Assembly: GCA_963824935.1 (NCBI GenBank)
Contig: CAWGRF010000022.1
Coordinates: forward strand, 15,449-79,448
Length of the DNA: 64,000 bases
Source: an uncultured beta proteobacterium
Lineage (GTDB): Bacteria > Pseudomonadota > Gammaproteobacteria > Burkholderiales > Burkholderiaceae_F
Direction: 5' to 3'
The notes under the pieces: model-generated
The model's database searches: none
What the model was told of the DNA's origin: nothing
Seen by the model: the letters and a program-made list of their open reading frames with translations, nothing else
Position numbers and translations under genes: made by a program
Shown here: positions 42,456 to 51,269 of the stretch, piece after piece
Layout: each line of letters begins with the position of its first letter
Position numbering within the stretch: the stretch's first letter is position 1

Positions 42456-42751
42456 TTAGGTGTCACCTCCAGCCTTGGCACCAGAATAGAGTCGCCCATA
42501 TGCACTTTCCGCAGCTTGAAGTTGGTGACGCCTCTGCGCAACTGCCCACTCCCGGCTAGCCCGATCAATCGCCAAAGTGGTCCAGCCTTTTCCATCCTCA
42601 TTGATACGTGCACGAGCAATGTCTCCTTGTTGTGCTCGACGCGAACGCGGTGCTTGGGATTGCCTTCTTCTTCCAGTCCGCGCACTACTCGGCCGCGAAC
42701 GGGAGAGCCAACAAAGGATGTCCACCGGCTGGAATATTTCTTACGCTGCAT
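42456..42751 (-). pseudogene. small conserved-looking hypothetical protein, frameshifted
   Basis: ATG 42751 (GGAGG RBS) gives MQRKKYSSRWTSFVGSPVRGRVVRGLEEEGNPKHRVRVEHNKETLLVHVS. The protein-like continuation (N)EDGKGWTTLAIDRASREWAVAQRRHQLQAAESAYGRLYSG.. is in the frame of ORF 42456..42725. They join at ~42600. Length is 3n+2, so this is a -1 type event. Confidence 0.4.
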
Positions 42752-42903
42752 CGAAATGCCTCCAATGGCACGTAACACTGCCATCGTGCACTGCTCGCGA
42801 TCATAAGTGATTGATTTCGGCTCGCCGGCAGCGAATAACACCATCGGAGAAGTGCCGCGCACAATCCCGCGGCGTCGGATCATCGGTGCAGGCAGAGGTG
42901 CGC

Positions 42904-44985
42904 TTACAGATTCGCACGCAGTCCAAGCCAGTAGGAACGTCCCGGGAGCGGTGCGAAATCCTTCAGGAACGACGTGTGAACACGCATGTCTTCGTCGGTG
43001 AGGTTACGCACCTGCGCGTACAGCTTGATCGGTGTTACGGGCGTTGGAATCGAAACCAGCAGGCTCAGGTCGATGCGCGTGTACGCAGGCGTGCTTGTTT
43101 CTGGCACGCCATCGCGCAAATCGAAGCTCGCGGTGCGATCCTGTTCAAGCACACGCATCAGCGCGGCTTGCGCGCTCCAGACTTCGGCGCGCCAGCCGAG
43201 ATCGACGCCGAAGCGCGAAGGCGAGATGCGCGGCAAATTCGCGCCGTTGTTCACGCCTGAGATCAGCTTTGCGCGCACCGTATCGCCCCAGACTCTTACT
43301 TGTGGACCGCGGGGCTCTCCAAACTCGATCTCGGCCTCGGCGCCGCGAAAACACGCGTCGTCTTGTCGATAGAACAGATTCGACAATGTCTCTTCGACAT
43401 TTCCGTCTTCGTCCAGCAGGTCGGTCGTGCTGCCGTCGAACGTGCCATAGATGTAGTCGCGTATGCGGTTGGCGAACAGGCTCACTTTGCCGCGCACCGG
43501 TCCGGCGATCTTGCGCAACGAAACGTCCAGATTCACAGAGCGCTCCTTGCGCAGGCTCGGATCGCCGATCTCGAACGCAAACGTGGCCGGATGCGCGCCG
43601 ACGAAGTACAGCTCTTCCGCCAGCGGAGCCCGTTGCGAATAGGTCACCGTGCCGCCGACATCGAAGCCTTGCGCAAATTCCCATGCAGCGCCGGCCGATG
43701 CCGAGTACAGATCGAACGTGCGCGACGGCGCGCGCGTGCCGTCTTCATAGTCTTCCTGCACGCTATAGCGCGCCCGCTCGTAACGCGCGCCGAATTCGGT
43801 GCGCACTTGGCCGAAGCGTTGCTCCTCGACTGCGAACAGCGCGCCGAGTCGCTGCTCAGTCTCGGGCAATGTGCCTTCACCGGTCCCACGAATCTCTGCG
43901 CCCTGCAGTTGAACGCCGAGCACTCCGGTAAAGCCGCCGATCGCGCGATGCGGCAACTCGATGCGGCCCTCGGCGGCTTTATTGGTGAATCGCGCGCCCG
44001 CCTCGCCGCTTGGCTCGAACTCGGTGTGTTCGTAATCGGTGTACGACAACTTGCTGCGCAATCCGTTGAAGACGCCGAAGGGCTGTGTGATATCGCCTTG
44101 CAATTCCGTGCGCGTGCGCTTCAGATCGATCGTGACCGGATCCTCGGGGTTCGGAATGCCATAGTCGGATTCGTAGCGTTGCACGGCGCCGCCAACGTTG
44201 AAGCCGGAGCCAAAAAAGCCCAGGCCGGCGGCGATCGACTGCGTGTCGGTCTTGCTGTTAGGGAGCCGATCGGCGGCGATGATATTTCCATCGGCGTCGC
44301 GTAACGGCTCGGCCAGTTCGTAATCCGAGGTGCGCTGCTTGAAACCCTCGAGCCGCCAAGCGGCGCCCTCGGCAATTGGACCCTGCAGTTCAAGCGCTCC
44401 CAAACGTTCGCGCTCGGCGGTGGTTCCGCGCAAATGCAACCCGGCGCCGAATTCGGACAACCGCTGTTGCGGAATGCGCTGCGACACGATGTTGACCAGT
44501 CCGCCGCTCGCTCCGGAGCCATAGAGCAACGTGCCCGGCCCGCGCAGCACTTCAACCTGCTGGCTGTTAAACGTATCGGCAGCCACCCGGTGATCAGGCG
44601 ACAAGCGGGATACATCGGCCACACCGAGTCCTGATTCGGTGATGCGCACGCGCGCGGCGTCCTGACCGCGAATGATCGGGCGGCCGGCGCCCGCGCCGTA
44701 CGCCGACGATTGAACGCCGAGTTGGCGCGCCAGCGTTTCGCCGAGCGACGTGCCTTCCTGTAAGCGCAGCTCATCGCCGCGCAAGAGGTTGACGGGCTGC
44801 AACGAGTCGAGTTCGGTGCGCGGCAGCGGAGAGAAAGTGATGACCACGGGGTCCAGCGTTTGTGGAGGTGCCGGTGGCGAAGATTGCGCCACAGCCGGTC
44901 CGGCAGCGAGCGACGCGAGTGCGCTAAGCACGGCGCGAGCGAGCAGAGACCGCGCAAAGAGTGTTGCATTCATTCTTGGTTCCAT
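42904..44985 (-). CDS. TonB-dependent outer-membrane receptor (metal-uptake type plug)
   Basis: 693 aa; ATG 44973 (MNATLFARSLL..) is an equally good start. It has signal peptide ..AAGPAVAQ and the plug PIIRGQDAARVRITESGLGVADVSRLSPDH..VEVLRGPGTLLYGSGASGG, followed by a long beta-barrel. Confidence 0.9.
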   Translation of the reverse strand: MEPRMNATLFARSLLARAVLSALASLAAGPAVAQSSPPAPPQTLDPVVITFSPLPRTELDSLQPVNLLRGDELRLQEGTSLGETLARQLGVQSSAYGAGAGRPIIRGQDAARVRITESGLGVADVSRLSPDHRVAADTFNSQQVEVLRGPGTLLYGSGASGGLVNIVSQRIPQQRLSEFGAGLHLRGTTAERERLGALELQGPIAEGAAWRLEGFKQRTSDYELAEPLRDADGNIIAADRLPNSKTDTQSIAAGLGFFGSGFNVGGAVQRYESDYGIPNPEDPVTIDLKRTRTELQGDITQPFGVFNGLRSKLSYTDYEHTEFEPSGEAGARFTNKAAEGRIELPHRAIGGFTGVLGVQLQGAEIRGTGEGTLPETEQRLGALFAVEEQRFGQVRTEFGARYERARYSVQEDYEDGTRAPSRTFDLYSASAGAAWEFAQGFDVGGTVTYSQRAPLAEELYFVGAHPATFAFEIGDPSLRKERSVNLDVSLRKIAGPVRGKVSLFANRIRDYIYGTFDGSTTDLLDEDGNVEETLSNLFYRQDDACFRGAEAEIEFGEPRGPQVRVWGDTVRAKLISGVNNGANLPRISPSRFGVDLGWRAEVWSAQAALMRVLEQDRTASFDLRDGVPETSTPAYTRIDLSLLVSIPTPVTPIKLYAQVRNLTDEDMRVHTSFLKDFAPLPGRSYWLGLRANL

Positions 44986-44999
44986 CCCATGCGTAAAGC

Positions 45000-45018
45000 G
45001 CGTTCGAAAATCGAACGC
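45000..45018. promoter_or_regulatory. perfect 19-bp palindrome GCGTTCGA-AAA-TCGAACGC upstream of the TonB-dependent receptor
   Basis: 8-bp arms with a 3-nt centre, 15-45 nt upstream of the receptor start codons and about 50 nt downstream of the His-rich ORF stop. It could be an operator or an RNA hairpin. Confidence 0.4.
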
Positions 45019-45067
45019 AAACGCCAGCGCGCGCGATGCGCATCGGGCGACGAGTTATGCGGGGAAG

Positions 45068-45458
45068 TCAGACGCGCGGCGGCGCGCGTGACTGGAACGG
45101 AAGATGCGGAGAGTTATCGGCGACCGCACTAATGCGTACGGTCAGTGTCGGCCGCGGAGGTGACGCCGCAGCCGGATCGGACTGTGCAATCGGCGGGCCG
45201 TCGCCGAGCGTAGCGGCGTCGTACGCGGCGCAGTTGTGCTCGGGCGCATGATCGCCGTCGTGATCGTGTGCGTGATGCGCATGATCATCGTGAGAGTGAT
45301 CATGGCCGCCGTGCTCGTGCTGCAGCAGCGCGTACCAGGATGGCAGAGTGTTCGCCTAATCCCGGCGCGTGCTCGATGCGGTGCGCGAGACCGACGATCT
45401 GCGCACCGACAAGGGTGACTGCGAACAGCGCAATTGATAGCGCGCGAGCGACTGGCAT
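45068..45458 (-). pseudogene. His-rich exported small protein (putative metal-binding), frameshifted; mostly absent from the ORF track
   Basis: ATG 45458 gives MPVARALSIALFAVTLVGAQIVGLAHRIEHAPGLG. Near 45345 the reading must shift to ..TLPSWYALLQHEHGGHDHSHDDHAHHAHDHDGDHAPEHNCAAYDAATLGDGPPIAQSD...PPRV followed by a stop (45068-45070). The second frame has a TAG just upstream and no start codon of its own. Length is 3n+1. Confidence 0.45.
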
Positions 45459-45472
45459 GAAACCGAAGTCTT

Positions 45473-45559
45473 TGGTGCCGGGCGAGGGAATCGAACCCAC
45501 ACTCTGTTGCCAGAACCGGATTTTGAGTCCGGCGCGTCTACCAGTTCCGCCAGCCCGGC
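45473..45559 (-). tRNA. tRNA-Leu (anticodon CAA)
   Basis: The reverse complement reads GCCGGGCTGGCGGAACTGGTAGACGCGCCGGACTCAAAATCCGGTTCTGGCAACAGAGTGTGGGTTCGATTCCCTCGCCCGGCACCA. It has a 7-bp acceptor stem, anticodon loop CTCAAAA, a long variable arm, the GGTTCGATTCC T-arm and an encoded CCA. Confidence 0.92.
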
Positions 45560-45590
45560 CGGGGCGCGAATTATCGCCCAACTCGCCCGC

Positions 45591-46439
<849 letters not shown>

Positions 46440-46443
46440 TCAG

Positions 46444-47268
46444 TCAGTACGCTTGATCGGGCGACGGAAAAGTTCGCTCCTTGACCGCTCGCACGTAACT
46501 CTTGACGGCGCTGGCGATGTCCGGCGCACCCGCCATGAAGTTGCGCACGAAGCGCGGCTTTTTGCCGGGGAATACGTCGAGCATGTCGTGCAGCACTAGC
46601 ACCTGACCGGAACAACCGGCGCCGGCGCCGATACCGATCGTCGGGATCTGCAGCTCGCGCGTCACGCGCTCGGCGACCGCCGCCGGAATCAGTTCGAATA
46701 CCAGCATCGAAGCGCCGGCCGCTTGCACGGCCAGCGCATCACGCAGCAACTGATCCGCCGCCGCGTCGGTCTTGCCTTGGATGCGATAGCCGCCCAGCGC
46801 ATGCACCGATTGCGGCGTGAGTCCCAGATGCGCACACACCGGCACGCCACGCGCCACGAAGAACTCGATCGTTGGCGCGAGCCAGGCTCCGCCTTCGACC
46901 TTGACCATTTGCGCGCCGGCCTGCATCAAACGCACGGCATTGTCGAACGCCGACTGCGGGGTTCCCTGGTAACTGCCGAATGGCATGTCGGCGATCAACC
47001 ACGCGCGCTGCGTGCCGCGCGCGACCGCGCGGACGTGATACTCGACGTCTTCGATGGTCACCGGCAGGGTCGATGCATGGCCTTGAATGACCATGCCGAG
47101 CGAGTCGCCGACCAACACGCAGTCGACGCCGCAGTTGTCAAGCAGCCGGGCGAAGCTGGCGTCGTAGCAGGTCAGCATCGCAATCGGCTCGCCACGCGCA
47201 CGCATGTCGGCCAGCTGCAGCAACGTGACCGGCTTGGACACCGACGTCTCGGTTGGATGAACGCTCAT
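46444..47268 (-). CDS. panB: 3-methyl-2-oxobutanoate hydroxymethyltransferase
   Basis: 274 aa with [19 protein letters not shown] and VKVEGG. Confidence 0.95.
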   Translation of the reverse strand: MSVHPTETSVSKPVTLLQLADMRARGEPIAMLTCYDASFARLLDNCGVDCVLVGDSLGMVIQGHASTLPVTIEDVEYHVRAVARGTQRAWLIADMPFGSYQGTPQSAFDNAVRLMQAGAQMVKVEGGAWLAPTIEFFVARGVPVCAHLGLTPQSVHALGGYRIQGKTDAAADQLLRDALAVQAAGASMLVFELIPAAVAERVTRELQIPTIGIGAGAGCSGQVLVLHDMLDVFPGKKPRFVRNFMAGAPDIASAVKSYVRAVKERTFPSPDQAY

Positions 47269-47942
47269 GCCGCCAGATTGAAGTACTCGCGCCGGCCGCG
47301 CATCCTGTCGATGCGCGACAACAGCAATTCGAAATCCTCGTCACGCTCGATCGGGTTCAGGTTTTCGGTGTTGACGATTAACGTCGGCGCGCCTTCGTAC
47401 TGGTGAAAAAATCGTGAGTAGCTCTCCGACAGCGCGCGCAAATATGATTCCGAGATCCCAGATTCGATCGGATTGCCGCGCCTCATAACGCGCTCGACCA
47501 GCGTGTCGGGCGACGCCTGCAGATAAACCACCAGATCCGGCAGCGGCGCCTGCGGTTTGAGCTGCGCGAAGATCTGTTCGTACAACTTCAGTTCGTCGTC
47601 GGCAAGCGTCAGGCGCGCGAACAGCGGATCTTTCTCGAGCAGGAAATCGGCGATCACCGACGATCGAAACAAGTCGAGCTGCGTGACTTCACCCAGTTGC
47701 TGTACGCGCTGAAACAGAAAAAACAATTGCGTCGGCAGCGCATAACGTGCCTGATCCCGGTAAAAGCGCTCCAGGAACGGGTTGGATTCGGGTTGTTCCA
47801 ACAGTGTCTGTGTTGAGTATCGCTGCGCAAGCTTGCTTGCAAGCGAAGTCTTGCCGGCTCCAATCGGGCCTTCGATCACGATGTAGCGATATTTGCCTGG
47901 CAGCGCCACGCTATTGCTCGGCCGACTCTTCAAGCAAATCAA
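47265..47942 (-). CDS. deoxynucleoside kinase
   Basis: P-loop [13 protein letters not shown] and [15 protein letters not shown]. The TTG 47942 start overlaps the folK stop (TTGA); GTG 47909 is an alternative. Its stop overlaps the panB start. Confidence 0.85.
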   Translation of the reverse strand: MICLKSRPSNSVALPGKYRYIVIEGPIGAGKTSLASKLAQRYSTQTLLEQPESNPFLERFYRDQARYALPTQLFFLFQRVQQLGEVTQLDLFRSSVIADFLLEKDPLFARLTLADDELKLYEQIFAQLKPQAPLPDLVVYLQASPDTLVERVMRRGNPIESGISESYLRALSESYSRFFHQYEGAPTLIVNTENLNPIERDEDFELLLSRIDRMRGRREYFNLAA

Positions 47943-48412
47943 CGCGTTGATCGGATACGGATTCCAGAAAACCCGCTCGCCGATCCCTGGCCGGGGATCC
48001 GGATCTCGGGCTCGAGATCGAGCAAAGGCTTAAGTACAAACGCTCGTTGGTGCAGCCGCGGATGCGGCAGTGTCAGCGGCGTACTTTGAATGATCATCTC
48101 GCCCAGCAGCAACAGATCCAGATCTACATTGCGCGGGGCGTTCTTTTTCTGCCCGCGCCGTTTGCGGCCCAGCATCAATTCGATATCGAGCAGATGTAGC
48201 AGCAACGCGTATGGCTCAAGCGATGTCTCCAGCTTTGCCACTGCGTTCAGATAATCGGGCCCGGACGTCTCGACTGGCGCCGATTTATAGAACGGTGAAA
48301 CCGCAACCAGCTCTGATTGTTCGAGCGAGCGCAGCGAGTCGAGCGCGGCTTTCAGCGACGCGACCAACTCACCCTGATTGGAGCCCAGTCCGATGTACGC
48401 GGTTCTTTTCAC
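47939..48412 (-). CDS. folK: 2-amino-4-hydroxy-6-hydroxymethyldihydropteridine diphosphokinase
   Basis: 157 aa, GTG start, with YIGLGSN, RNVDLDLLL and PHPRLHQRAFVL. Confidence 0.9.
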   Translation of the reverse strand: MKRTAYIGLGSNQGELVASLKAALDSLRSLEQSELVAVSPFYKSAPVETSGPDYLNAVAKLETSLEPYALLLHLLDIELMLGRKRRGQKKNAPRNVDLDLLLLGEMIIQSTPLTLPHPRLHQRAFVLKPLLDLEPEIRIPGQGSASGFSGIRIRSTR

Positions 48413-48421
48413 TTAGTCATG

Positions 48422-49783
48422 TCAAGCAACACTTGCTGCCTCTTCCCCGCCGCGGCCGCGCCGTCGCCGGCGACGCCGGGTTCCCGAGACCGCGGTCGAG
48501 CCCTCCTCGCGTGCCGCCTCGGCGATCAGTTGCTCGCGCTCATCCTGGCCCGCATGCGAAAAGCGGGTCCACCAATCACCCAGTGCCACTGGAATCTCAT
48601 CGGCCGCCGCACGCAAAAGCAGGAAATCATAACCGGCGCGAAAGCGCAGGTGTTCGACTAGTCGGAATGGTGAGCGGCCGGTCCGGCGCTCGAAACGGGG
48701 CTGCAAGGTCCAGATTTCGCGCATGTCGGCGACAAAACGGCGCTGGATCGCGAGCTTCTCCGTCTGCGCGTCGATCGTTTCGTCGATCGCGAGATGCAAC
48801 GCCGGGATACGGTGCTCCTTGTTCGCCAATCGAGCGTTCCATTTGACGAGCACGTCGTGCCAAAGCAGCGTGGCGAACAAGAACCCCGGTGCGATCGACT
48901 TACCGGCCTGCACCCGTTCGTCGGTGCGCGACAGCGCGAGCATCACAAAGCGCTCGCCGGCAGGCTGTTCGAGGATCACGTCGAGCAACGGCAGCAAGCC
49001 ATGGTGCAGTCCCTCGGCGCGTAGGCGTGTAATGCACGCCACCGAGTGGCCGCTGGTCAACAGCTTCAGCATCTCGTCGAACAAGCGCGCGGCCGGAACG
49101 TTCTCGATCAACTCGGCCATCCGGTGAATCGGCTCGCGGGTGGCCTCGTCGATTGCAAAGCCGAGCTTGGCGGCAAAGCGTACGGCGCGCAGCATGCGCA
49201 CCGGGTCCTCGCGATAGCGATCGGCCGGATCGCCGATCATGCGCAGCCGACGCGCACGCAGATCCTTGACGCCGTCGTGATAGTCGAGCACGTCACCGGT
49301 GGTGGGGTCGTAGTACAGCGCGTTGATCGTGAAGTCGCGCCGCGCCGAATCCTCGTTCTGCTCGCCGTACAGGTTGTCGGCGAGCACGCGGCCATGCTCG
49401 TCAATCAGGCGGTCGACGTTGACCAGCGCACGAAACGTCGACACCTCGATCGTCTCCTGCCCGAACATCACATGCACCAGCTTGAAACGGCGGCCGATGA
49501 TGAAGGCGCGACGGAAGTGCGATTTGACCTGCTCCGGCGTGGCGTCGGTCGCAATATCGAAGTCCTTCGGTGCAATGTCGAGCAGCAGGTCGCGTACCGC
49601 GCCGCCGACGATATAGGCGCGATGGCCGGCCTTCTGCAGCGTCTCGCACGCGCGCAGCGCAGAGCGCGAAACGAGCTCGCGATTGATGTTGTGTTCGCTG
49701 GCTGAGATGCGTTTCGGCTCGCGGCCGCGCTGCGGCTTGCGCTTGAAAAGCGTTTGAACTCTCTCGATAACGCGCTTGATCAT
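48422..49783 (-). CDS. pcnB: poly(A) polymerase I
   Basis: 453 aa with YIVGGAVRDLLL..KDFDI and RRDFTINALYYD. Confidence 0.95.
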   Translation of the reverse strand: MIKRVIERVQTLFKRKPQRGREPKRISASEHNINRELVSRSALRACETLQKAGHRAYIVGGAVRDLLLDIAPKDFDIATDATPEQVKSHFRRAFIIGRRFKLVHVMFGQETIEVSTFRALVNVDRLIDEHGRVLADNLYGEQNEDSARRDFTINALYYDPTTGDVLDYHDGVKDLRARRLRMIGDPADRYREDPVRMLRAVRFAAKLGFAIDEATREPIHRMAELIENVPAARLFDEMLKLLTSGHSVACITRLRAEGLHHGLLPLLDVILEQPAGERFVMLALSRTDERVQAGKSIAPGFLFATLLWHDVLVKWNARLANKEHRIPALHLAIDETIDAQTEKLAIQRRFVADMREIWTLQPRFERRTGRSPFRLVEHLRFRAGYDFLLLRAAADEIPVALGDWWTRFSHAGQDEREQLIAEAAREEGSTAVSGTRRRRRRRGRGGEEAASVA

Positions 49784-50466
49784 GCGGCGCCGGTTGTGCG
49801 AGCCGGATCGAACAGGCTAAGAGTCTTCCAGCGACGCACCCTCGCAATCGCTCGCAGGCGTGCATCGCCGTTGGTCACCACAGGGTAGGTGGCCCGTTCG
49901 AGCAGCGGCAAATCGTTGATCGAATCGGCGTAGCAGATCGTGATCGTGTCCTCCCAGCCGTGTCCGCGGCTGTTGAGCCATTCGCCGACCTTGCGGACCT
50001 TGCCTTCCTGATACGTATGCGTGCCGACGTAGCCGCCGGTGAACCGATCCCCGCTCGTTTCCGGCTCGACCGCGAGCACGTGCTCGATGCCGAACTCGTG
50101 TGCGATCGGCGTTACGACGTAGGCATTGGTACCGGTAACCAGCGCCAGCTCGTCGCCGCGCTTGCGATGCGAATCGACCAGCGCCAATGCTTCGCTCCGA
50201 ATGTGCGGGCGCACGTGTTCGTCCATGAACTCGCGATGCCACTCGTCGAGCGCTGCGCGCGGAAACAGCGCCAGCAGTTCCATTTGAAATCGCACATAGC
50301 CTTCGACGTCGAACGTGCCGGCTTGATAGGTGCGGGCAAATTCGCGAATGCGTGCTCCGTACGCAACCGCATCCAGGCCGCCCTTGTTGACGATGAAGTG
50401 CGACCAGGTATCCGCACTGTCGATCGGCAGCAGCGTGTGGTCGAGGTCGAACAGGGCAAGTCGCAC
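49780..50466 (-). CDS. HAD-IB family hydrolase (phosphoserine phosphatase-like)
   Basis: 228 aa with FDLDHTL (DxDxT), VTGTN and ADSINDLPLL. Its stop overlaps the pcnB start. Confidence 0.85.
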   Translation of the reverse strand: MRLALFDLDHTLLPIDSADTWSHFIVNKGGLDAVAYGARIREFARTYQAGTFDVEGYVRFQMELLALFPRAALDEWHREFMDEHVRPHIRSEALALVDSHRKRGDELALVTGTNAYVVTPIAHEFGIEHVLAVEPETSGDRFTGGYVGTHTYQEGKVRKVGEWLNSRGHGWEDTITICYADSINDLPLLERATYPVVTNGDARLRAIARVRRWKTLSLFDPARTTGAA

Positions 50467-50502
50467 TTAGGGCGACCGCAGCGTTAAAGGCATCGCCGAA
50501 TC

Positions 50503-51201
50503 TTACGGTGCACTGCCCACGGCGGCATCATTGGCCCAGTGGCGCACCAGAGGCACCGTAACCGCTTTTTTCACCGATAACGCGTAGGTGTCGAGCGCGT
50601 CCACAATGGCGACCAGCGTTCGCATGTCGCGCGGCATGTGTGTCAGCAGGTACTCGACCACATCGGCGGGCAGCGCAATGCCGCGCGATGCCGCATGCGC
50701 CGTCAGCGCTTGTGCCTTCTCGTCATCGCTTAGCGCGTGCACTTGATAGACCAGGCCCCAAGCCAGGCGGGTACGGACGTCGTCGCGCAACGCCAGGTGC
50801 ATCGGCGCAGCGCTTCCGGCACCGACAAACCGCGCCTTACCGTCGGCACGAATCTCGTTCAACAACACGAACAGTCGCTGTTGCTGTGATTCGTCGCAGC
50901 GGTCAACGTCGTCCATGAGGTACAGACGCTGGCGAGAGTCGAAGGTCGGTACTTCGCCTCGAGGTAATTTAACGCCGAGCGCTTGCAGCAAATGGGATCG
51001 TCCCGCGCCGGTCTCGCCCCACAAATAGACAAACTGCTCGCCGCTACCCGCTGCAATAGCGCGCAAAGCAGTGACGACTTCTGCGTTGCGGCCGACGACG
51101 AAGTTATCGAGCGAAGGCTCGGGTGGCTTAACCAGATCCAGCGTTAGCTGGCGAGCGGCACTCACGATTGGATGCAGCTGTGAGGCGGAATCAGTCGGCA
51201 A
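50503..51201 (-). CDS. hda: DnaA regulatory inactivator Hda
   Basis: It has QLTLDL.., WGETGAGRSHLLQA, LMDDVD and a C-terminal DnaA-like AAA+ lid. The start is uncertain (TTG 51201 or GTG 51165). Confidence 0.85.
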   Translation of the reverse strand: MPTDSASQLHPIVSAARQLTLDLVKPPEPSLDNFVVGRNAEVVTALRAIAAGSGEQFVYLWGETGAGRSHLLQALGVKLPRGEVPTFDSRQRLYLMDDVDRCDESQQQRLFVLLNEIRADGKARFVGAGSAAPMHLALRDDVRTRLAWGLVYQVHALSDDEKAQALTAHAASRGIALPADVVEYLLTHMPRDMRTLVAIVDALDTYALSVKKAVTVPLVRHWANDAAVGSAP

Positions 51202-51269
51202 CTACAATCGCGCTACTGCCGCCGTTGGCTTTCTATGATTGCGAGCGCGGCAGTTTACCGTTCGCATCG

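Noticed and set aside
45236-45418. Hydrophobic 60-aa + strand ORF (MLGRMIAVVIVCVMRMIIVRVIM...)
   Set aside because: It is the mirror image of the His/Asp codon run (CAC/CAT/GAT give GTG/ATG/ATC) of the minus-strand His-rich ORF. It has no RBS and no genomic context as a + strand gene.
45473-45559. tRNA-Leu as attachment site of an integrated mobile element
   Set aside because: There is no integrase, excisionase, phage or conjugation gene. I could not find a direct repeat of the tRNA 3' end anywhere in the block. This is kept only as a low-interest composition/synteny question.
50480-50489. Possible third copy of the 59-bp repeat (shares AGCGTTAAAG)
   Set aside because: Only a 10-nt match followed by unrelated sequence. 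A single 10-mer coincidence in 64 kb is not improbable.
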